From Candidatus Latescibacterota bacterium (lineage in GTDB: Bacteria > Latescibacterota > UBA2968 > UBA8231), in contig CBDCSU010000004.1 in the NCBI GenBank assembly GCA_965221775.1, positions 896,001 through 960,000 on the forward strand: 64,000 nucleotides of DNA, written 5' to 3'. Shown one piece after another: positions 59,545 through 64,000 of this stretch. The position numbers were made by a program, and so were the translations under genes. A model generated the notes under the pieces. The model was not told where the DNA came from, searched no databases, and saw only the letters and a list, made by a program, of their open reading frames with translations. Position 1 is the stretch's first letter, and each line of letters starts with the position of its first letter.

Positions 59545-59630
59545 GGGGAGATACCCAAGCGGTCAACGGGGGCAGACTGTAAATCTGCTGGCGTACGCCT
59601 TCGCAGGTTCGAATCCTGCTCTCCCCACCA
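59545..59630 (+). tRNA. tRNA-Tyr (anticodon GTA)
   Basis: GGGGAGATACCCAAGCGGTCAACGGGGGCAGACTGTAAATCTGCTGGCGTACGCCTTCGCAGGTTCGAATCCTGCTCTCCCCACCA; long variable arm; TTGACA upstream at 59479. Confidence 0.95.
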
Positions 59631-59682
59631 CTTCTCCTGCTGCACCCACTCCGAAGACAGCACCCCGCCGGCGGGCGTCGGC

Positions 59683-60867
59683 TCACCTCCGCAGGTGGCC
59701 GCGGATCGCCTCCAGGCGCTCCTGGTGGGCGCCGCGGTCGCGCTGCCACGCCTCCAGCAGGAAAGCCAGCAGGACGAGGAGCACGGCCGCCGAGCCGCCG
59801 GCGGCGGCGGTGAGCAGGGCCCTGCGGGGGGCGCTGCGCGCCCTGGGCGGCGTCGCCGGGTCCAGTACCTGCAGGGTCGGGGTGTCGCGCGCCTCGCGGA
59901 CCTTGGCCTCCTCGAGCTGGGCCCCGAGAAAGAGCAGGACCTCCTCGCGCATCTTCACCTGCAGGGTCAGGGCGGCGTAGTCCTGCATCAGCCCGGGCAG
60001 CTCCTTCAGGGGCGGGCCCAGGGGACGCCCGGAAGCGCCGGGAGCGCCGCCGCCCATCCGGCGCGAGAGGTCGCCCACCAGCGCCCGCAGCTGCCGGTCG
60101 AGCTCCTCCACCCTCATGGCCAGGGCCTGGCGGTCGGCGTGGTCGGGGGCCACCTGCCGCGAGAGGACGCCGAGCTCGACCTGCTTCAGGGAGAGCTCGA
60201 AGGCGAGGCCCTTGGCCACGTCGACGGCGGCGGCGGTCTGCGCCTCGATGTCGACCACCCCGTGGGCGTCCTGGAAGTCGCGCAGGCGCGACGCGTCGGC
60301 GCCCAGCTCCTCGCGCGTGCTGCGCACCCGGCCCTCGAGGAACCCGCGCAGGGAGGACGCCTGCCGCTGCCGGTACTCGCGGTTGAGGCTGTCGAGGAGG
60401 GCGGCCAGGGTGTTGGCCAGGTCCGCCGCCAGCTCCGGCGTTGCCGCCGTCGCCCGCAGGACCAGGCTGCCGTCGTCGCCGAGCTCCGACTCCAGCGCCT
60501 CCGACAGCCACTCGACGGCGGCGTCCCGGTGCGGGGCCGCGTAGACGCGCACCAGCTCGTGGCGGTCGACGGCCAGGCCGAGGAGCCGGCGGCTCTCCAG
60601 CAGGGTGAGGAGCCGCTCCGAGGGGATCGGCAGGCCCACCAGTCCGGCCAGCCCCAGGGGCAGACCGCCGCCCCCCGGCAGCAGGGAGCGGCCGATCCCC
60701 ACGGCCTCCTCCTCCGGGGGCAGCAGGCTGGTGCGCGCCGTCCAGCGCTCGGGCAGAAGCAGACTGACTCCGGCTGCGGCGGCCGTCGCCGCCAGGGTGC
60801 CGGCGATCAGCAGGCGCCGCCACTTCACCAGGACCAGCAAGTAGTCGAGGAGGTTGCGCTGCTCCAT
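59683..60867 (-). CDS. Wzz/GumC-like polysaccharide chain-length regulator
   Basis: LLDYLLVLVKWRR TM1, P.ELAADLAN, coiled-coil, LQVLDPATPP...PRR TM2; no kinase domain. Confidence 0.85.
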   Translation of the reverse strand: MEQRNLLDYLLVLVKWRRLLIAGTLAATAAAAGVSLLLPERWTARTSLLPPEEEAVGIGRSLLPGGGGLPLGLAGLVGLPIPSERLLTLLESRRLLGLAVDRHELVRVYAAPHRDAAVEWLSEALESELGDDGSLVLRATAATPELAADLANTLAALLDSLNREYRQRQASSLRGFLEGRVRSTREELGADASRLRDFQDAHGVVDIEAQTAAAVDVAKGLAFELSLKQVELGVLSRQVAPDHADRQALAMRVEELDRQLRALVGDLSRRMGGGAPGASGRPLGPPLKELPGLMQDYAALTLQVKMREEVLLFLGAQLEEAKVREARDTPTLQVLDPATPPRARSAPRRALLTAAAGGSAAVLLVLLAFLLEAWQRDRGAHQERLEAIRGHLRR

Positions 60868-60869
60868 GC

Positions 60870-62576
60870 TCAGTTGCTCAGGGTCACGAACAGCAGCAGC
60901 ACGGTGGCCACCTGGCTGGCGACCTGGATCCCCTGGGTGAAGAGGAGCCAGTAGTCCCGCGCCGGCTGCTCCTTGACCCAGATCCGGTCCCCCGGCTCGA
61001 TCCGCTCCACGTCCTCCGCGTCCATCCGCTCCCCGGTGCGCGCCTTGATGACCTCCACGTCTCCCGAGGCCTGCCAGCCGAAGCCGCCGGCGCGGGCGAT
61101 GTAGTCGGTGACGGTGTAGCTCTCGACGTAGGGCACGGCCCCCGGAAAGGCCGCCTGCCCGGAGACCAGCACCGTCCTCCGGGAGGCCGGGATGGTGATC
61201 ACGTCCCCCCGGCGGACGAGGATGTTCTGGGACTCGTCGCCCTCCTGGAAGAGAGCCACGAAGTCGACCACCATCTGCCCCTTCTTCTCGCGGCTCTTCA
61301 TGTTGAAGTAGCTCTTCTCCTCCTTGTCCCAGGCCTCGGGGGGGATGGCCAGGATGCGCTGGAACTCCGGGTCGCCCCGGTCGACCTCCTGCAGGCGGCG
61401 CACGACACGGGCCTCCGGCAGGGAGGCCTCCTGGGTGAACCCGCCGGCCCACTCGATGACCTGCACCAGCGGCACCCCCTCCTCCCCGACGATGTAGGGA
61501 CCCGGCCTCGTCACCTCGCCCGTCACGGTGGCGGTGGACTCCTGGAGGTAGCCCTGGCGCATGCGCGCCACCAGCCAGTCCCCGGGCTGCAGGGCCAGGT
61601 CGGCGGCCGGATCGCCGGCCAGGGCCGCTTGCAGATCGACCGGCCGGGCGGCCTGGCGCCGGCCGTCGTCGTGGAACCGGAAGAGGAAGACTCCCTGCGG
61701 ATCGATGTTGGGCGCCGGCCCCATGGACAAGGTCGCCAGGTCGCTGATCCGGTCCCCCTGCACGAACTCGACGATCCTCGGGTTGACCCAGGCCTCCATG
61801 GTGCGCACCGGGTGCTGCCGGGAGGGCACGACGATGATGTCCCCGTCCTCGACGAAGGGGTTGTACCGCGACATACCCGTGAGCTCGTAGAAGTCGAGGT
61901 CGACCCGCCTCGACTCGATCCGGGCGAAGACCTCCAGGTCCCCGGACCGGGCCCAGGCCTGCAGCTGCCGCCGCCGCTCCGGCGTCTGGCCGTGGGTGCG
62001 GATCAGCTGGATGTTGCGCCTGGAGCCGTCGTCGAGGAGGCCCTTCACCTGGCGGAGGACGGCATCGACCCGCAGCACGCCGTTGGCGACGGTGACGCCG
62101 GGCTCCTCCACGAGTCCGGTGACGGTCACCGGGAAGCGCCGCAGGGCGCTCAGCTCGGCCGTGATCCGGCCGTCGATGAAGTTGGCGCGGTAGGCGCTGT
62201 CCAGGGCGGCGCGGACCTCGCGCAGCCGGCGCGCCCCCACCTGGACGCGGCCCATCCGCGGGATGAACAGGCCGCCCTCTGCCAGGACCCGGACCTCCGC
62301 CGGGGCCTCCGCCTCGGGCATGCGGACCAGGAACCGGTCGCCGGGGCCCACGAGATACTCGCCGCTGCGCAGGACCTCCTCGTACGCGTCGATCCCGATC
62401 ACCGGCTCGGGCAGGGGCTCCTCGGGCTCCTCCGGCTCCTCCACCTGCACCTCCGCGCCCTCGCCGGCGGGGATGCGGATCGTCATCGCCTCCTGGCCGG
62501 GGGCCGGCCCCGGGGCGATGGCGAGGGCCGCGAAGGACAGCCACCAGGGAATCCAAGTGCGGTTGCAGCCGTTCAT
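60870..62576 (-). CDS. SLBB-domain polysaccharide export protein (Wza/KpsD-like)
   Basis: Signal peptide, YLVGPGD, EGGLFIPRMG, repeated V.G.V..PG..../AGG SLBB motifs, IEPGDRIWV. Confidence 0.85.
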   Translation of the reverse strand: MNGCNRTWIPWWLSFAALAIAPGPAPGQEAMTIRIPAGEGAEVQVEEPEEPEEPLPEPVIGIDAYEEVLRSGEYLVGPGDRFLVRMPEAEAPAEVRVLAEGGLFIPRMGRVQVGARRLREVRAALDSAYRANFIDGRITAELSALRRFPVTVTGLVEEPGVTVANGVLRVDAVLRQVKGLLDDGSRRNIQLIRTHGQTPERRRQLQAWARSGDLEVFARIESRRVDLDFYELTGMSRYNPFVEDGDIIVVPSRQHPVRTMEAWVNPRIVEFVQGDRISDLATLSMGPAPNIDPQGVFLFRFHDDGRRQAARPVDLQAALAGDPAADLALQPGDWLVARMRQGYLQESTATVTGEVTRPGPYIVGEEGVPLVQVIEWAGGFTQEASLPEARVVRRLQEVDRGDPEFQRILAIPPEAWDKEEKSYFNMKSREKKGQMVVDFVALFQEGDESQNILVRRGDVITIPASRRTVLVSGQAAFPGAVPYVESYTVTDYIARAGGFGWQASGDVEVIKARTGERMDAEDVERIEPGDRIWVKEQPARDYWLLFTQGIQVASQVATVLLLFVTLSN

Positions 62577-62580
62577 GCCG

Positions 62581-63513
62581 TCACTCCTGCCGCTCTTCGG
62601 CCCGCAGGCCTTCCGTGTCCACGGCCAGGCTCAGCGCCCGGGAGCCGACACCCGCCTCCGCCCAGGCCGCCTCCATGGCGGCTCCCACCCCTTCCTGCGC
62701 GCCCTCGGGCACGAAGGCCAGGACCGACGGGCCGGCGCCGCTGAGGGCGGCTCCGAAGGCGCCGGCACCGAGGGCCGCGGAGCGCACCTCCGCCAGCCCC
62801 GGCACCCGGCCGCTGCGGTAGGGCTCGTGGAGTCGCTCGTCCTCCATGCCGGGCCCCAGCAGGTCGAGGCGCCCCGTGGCCAGGGCCGCCGCCACCAGGC
62901 TGGCCCGGGCGGCGGCGTTCACCGCGTCGGCCCGGGGAACGGCGGCCGGCAGGGACCGGCGGGAGTCGGCCGTGGGCAGCTCGAACTCCGGAACGGCCAC
63001 GACCACCGCCAGGCCGCCCGGCGGATCGAAGCGCGTGCACGCGAGGCCGGGACCGGCCCCGGAAACAATGGTGAAGCCCCCCTGCATGCAGGGCGCGACG
63101 TTGTCGGCGTGCCCCTCCGACGCCAGGCCGTAGTCGAGGAGCCAGTGGGCGTCCACGCGGCCGGCGCAGAGCACCTGCCCCGCCGCGGCGCCGGCCACCA
63201 CGGCGGCGGCGCTGCTGCCGAGTCCGCGCGCCAGGGGGATCTCGTTCGCCGAGCGCAGGCGCAGGTCCGGCCCTTCGTAACCCCCGGCCCGGAGGGCGGC
63301 GCGCAGGGCCCTGACGACGGCGTTGTCCTCCCCCGTCGGCAGATCGGCCGCACCCTCTCCCTCGAGGGCGGCGGTGATGGCCGCCGGGCGGCTGCGGGAT
63401 TGCAGCCGTTGCACGGTCAGGTCGAGATACAGCCCCAGGGCCAGGCCGAAGGCGTCGAGCCCCGGCCCGAGGTTGGCGCTGGTGGCCGGCACGCGGATGC
63501 GGATCTCTGACAC
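62581..63513 (-). CDS. thrB: Homoserine kinase
   Basis: VPATSANLGPGLD, IPLARGLGSSAAA, EGHADN, LHEPYR, LSGAGPS. Confidence 0.94.
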   Translation of the reverse strand: MSEIRIRVPATSANLGPGLDAFGLALGLYLDLTVQRLQSRSRPAAITAALEGEGAADLPTGEDNAVVRALRAALRAGGYEGPDLRLRSANEIPLARGLGSSAAAVVAGAAAGQVLCAGRVDAHWLLDYGLASEGHADNVAPCMQGGFTIVSGAGPGLACTRFDPPGGLAVVVAVPEFELPTADSRRSLPAAVPRADAVNAAARASLVAAALATGRLDLLGPGMEDERLHEPYRSGRVPGLAEVRSAALGAGAFGAALSGAGPSVLAFVPEGAQEGVGAAMEAAWAEAGVGSRALSLAVDTEGLRAEERQE

Positions 63514-63523
63514 CCGGTCCCCG

Positions 63524-64000
63524 TCAGGCCGCCTCGGCCCGGGAGCCCACCGCGTCGGCCACCGCCGCGGCGACGGCGTCGGCGACGGCGAAACCGCGCT
63601 CCGTCAGCCGCAGGCGCCGGCCCTCGAGGGTGGCGTGCCCGTGGGCGCGCAGCCCCGGCCACAGGGCCGAGGAGGCGAGCCTGCGGCTCTCCTCCGCCTC
63701 GAGCTCGACGCCGGCGCAGGTCCGCAGCCCGAGCCACAGCCGGTCGCGGCGGCGGAGTTCCTCGTCCGGCGGCTCCTCCCCGGCGCGGGCGCTGCCCCGG
63801 GACTCCATCCGCCGCAGGTAGTCGTCGAAGTCGGAGGTGTTCCAGAACCGCCGGCCGTCGAGGAAGCTGTGGGCCGACACCCCCACGCCGAGGTAGTCGC
63901 CTCCCGTCCAGCCGTCCCAGTTGTGGGCGCAGCGGTGCCCGGGACGCGCGAAGTTGGAGATCTCGTAGTGCTCGTAGCCGGCGGCGGTGAAGCTCTCCAC
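63524..64000 (-). CDS. hemW: HemW/HemN-like radical SAM heme chaperone, C-terminal part (truncated by window edge)
   Basis: GYEHYEISNFARPG..C.HN..W....YLGVG.SAHS, LGLRT..GV, LTERG. Confidence 0.85.
   Translation of the reverse strand: MESFTAAGYEHYEISNFARPGHRCAHNWDGWTGGDYLGVGVSAHSFLDGRRFWNTSDFDDYLRRMESRGSARAGEEPPDEELRRRDRLWLGLRTCAGVELEAEESRRLASSALWPGLRAHGHATLEGRRLRLTERGFAVADAVAAAVADAVGSRAEAA

Noticed and set aside
59545-59630. tRNA-Tyr as an island attachment site
   Set aside because: No att duplication or mobility gene seen; the flanking genes look native

Overview
High-GC bacterial chromosomal window, almost entirely coding: about 57 CDS and 2 tRNAs. I found no CRISPR array, transposase, integrase or prophage gene. 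The gene content (subtilase with a FlgD/T9SS-like C-terminal domain, DUF2723 and YfhO GT-C enzymes, many Gfo/Idh/MocA, enolase-superfamily and creatininase paralogues) suggests an FCB-group, Latescibacterota-like heterotroph; this is inference only. Housekeeping genes: miaB (partial), groES/groEL, folE, queE, ispG, argG, mdh, thrB, hemW (partial), tRNA-Lys(TTT), tRNA-Tyr(GTA). Highlights: (1) a translationally coupled trio of a degenerate UvrD-like protein, an intact SF1A helicase and a stand-alone 4-Cys PD-(D/E)xK nuclease, which looks like a three-part AddAB/AdnAB-type DNA end-processing machine; (2) a groESL operon behind a consensus sigma-54 promoter with IHF-like sites and upstream palindromes, no CIRCE, and a GroEL with a Glu/His tail; (3) two GT-C glycosyltransferases divergent from a heptose-biosynthesis operon; (4) a large orphan sugar-acid catabolic region; (5) tandem ARG boxes before argG. 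Two apparent single-base deletions (about 4533 and about 17078) may be assembly errors. All calls come from motif recognition by eye, without database searches, and many starts were re-called relative to the ORF track.
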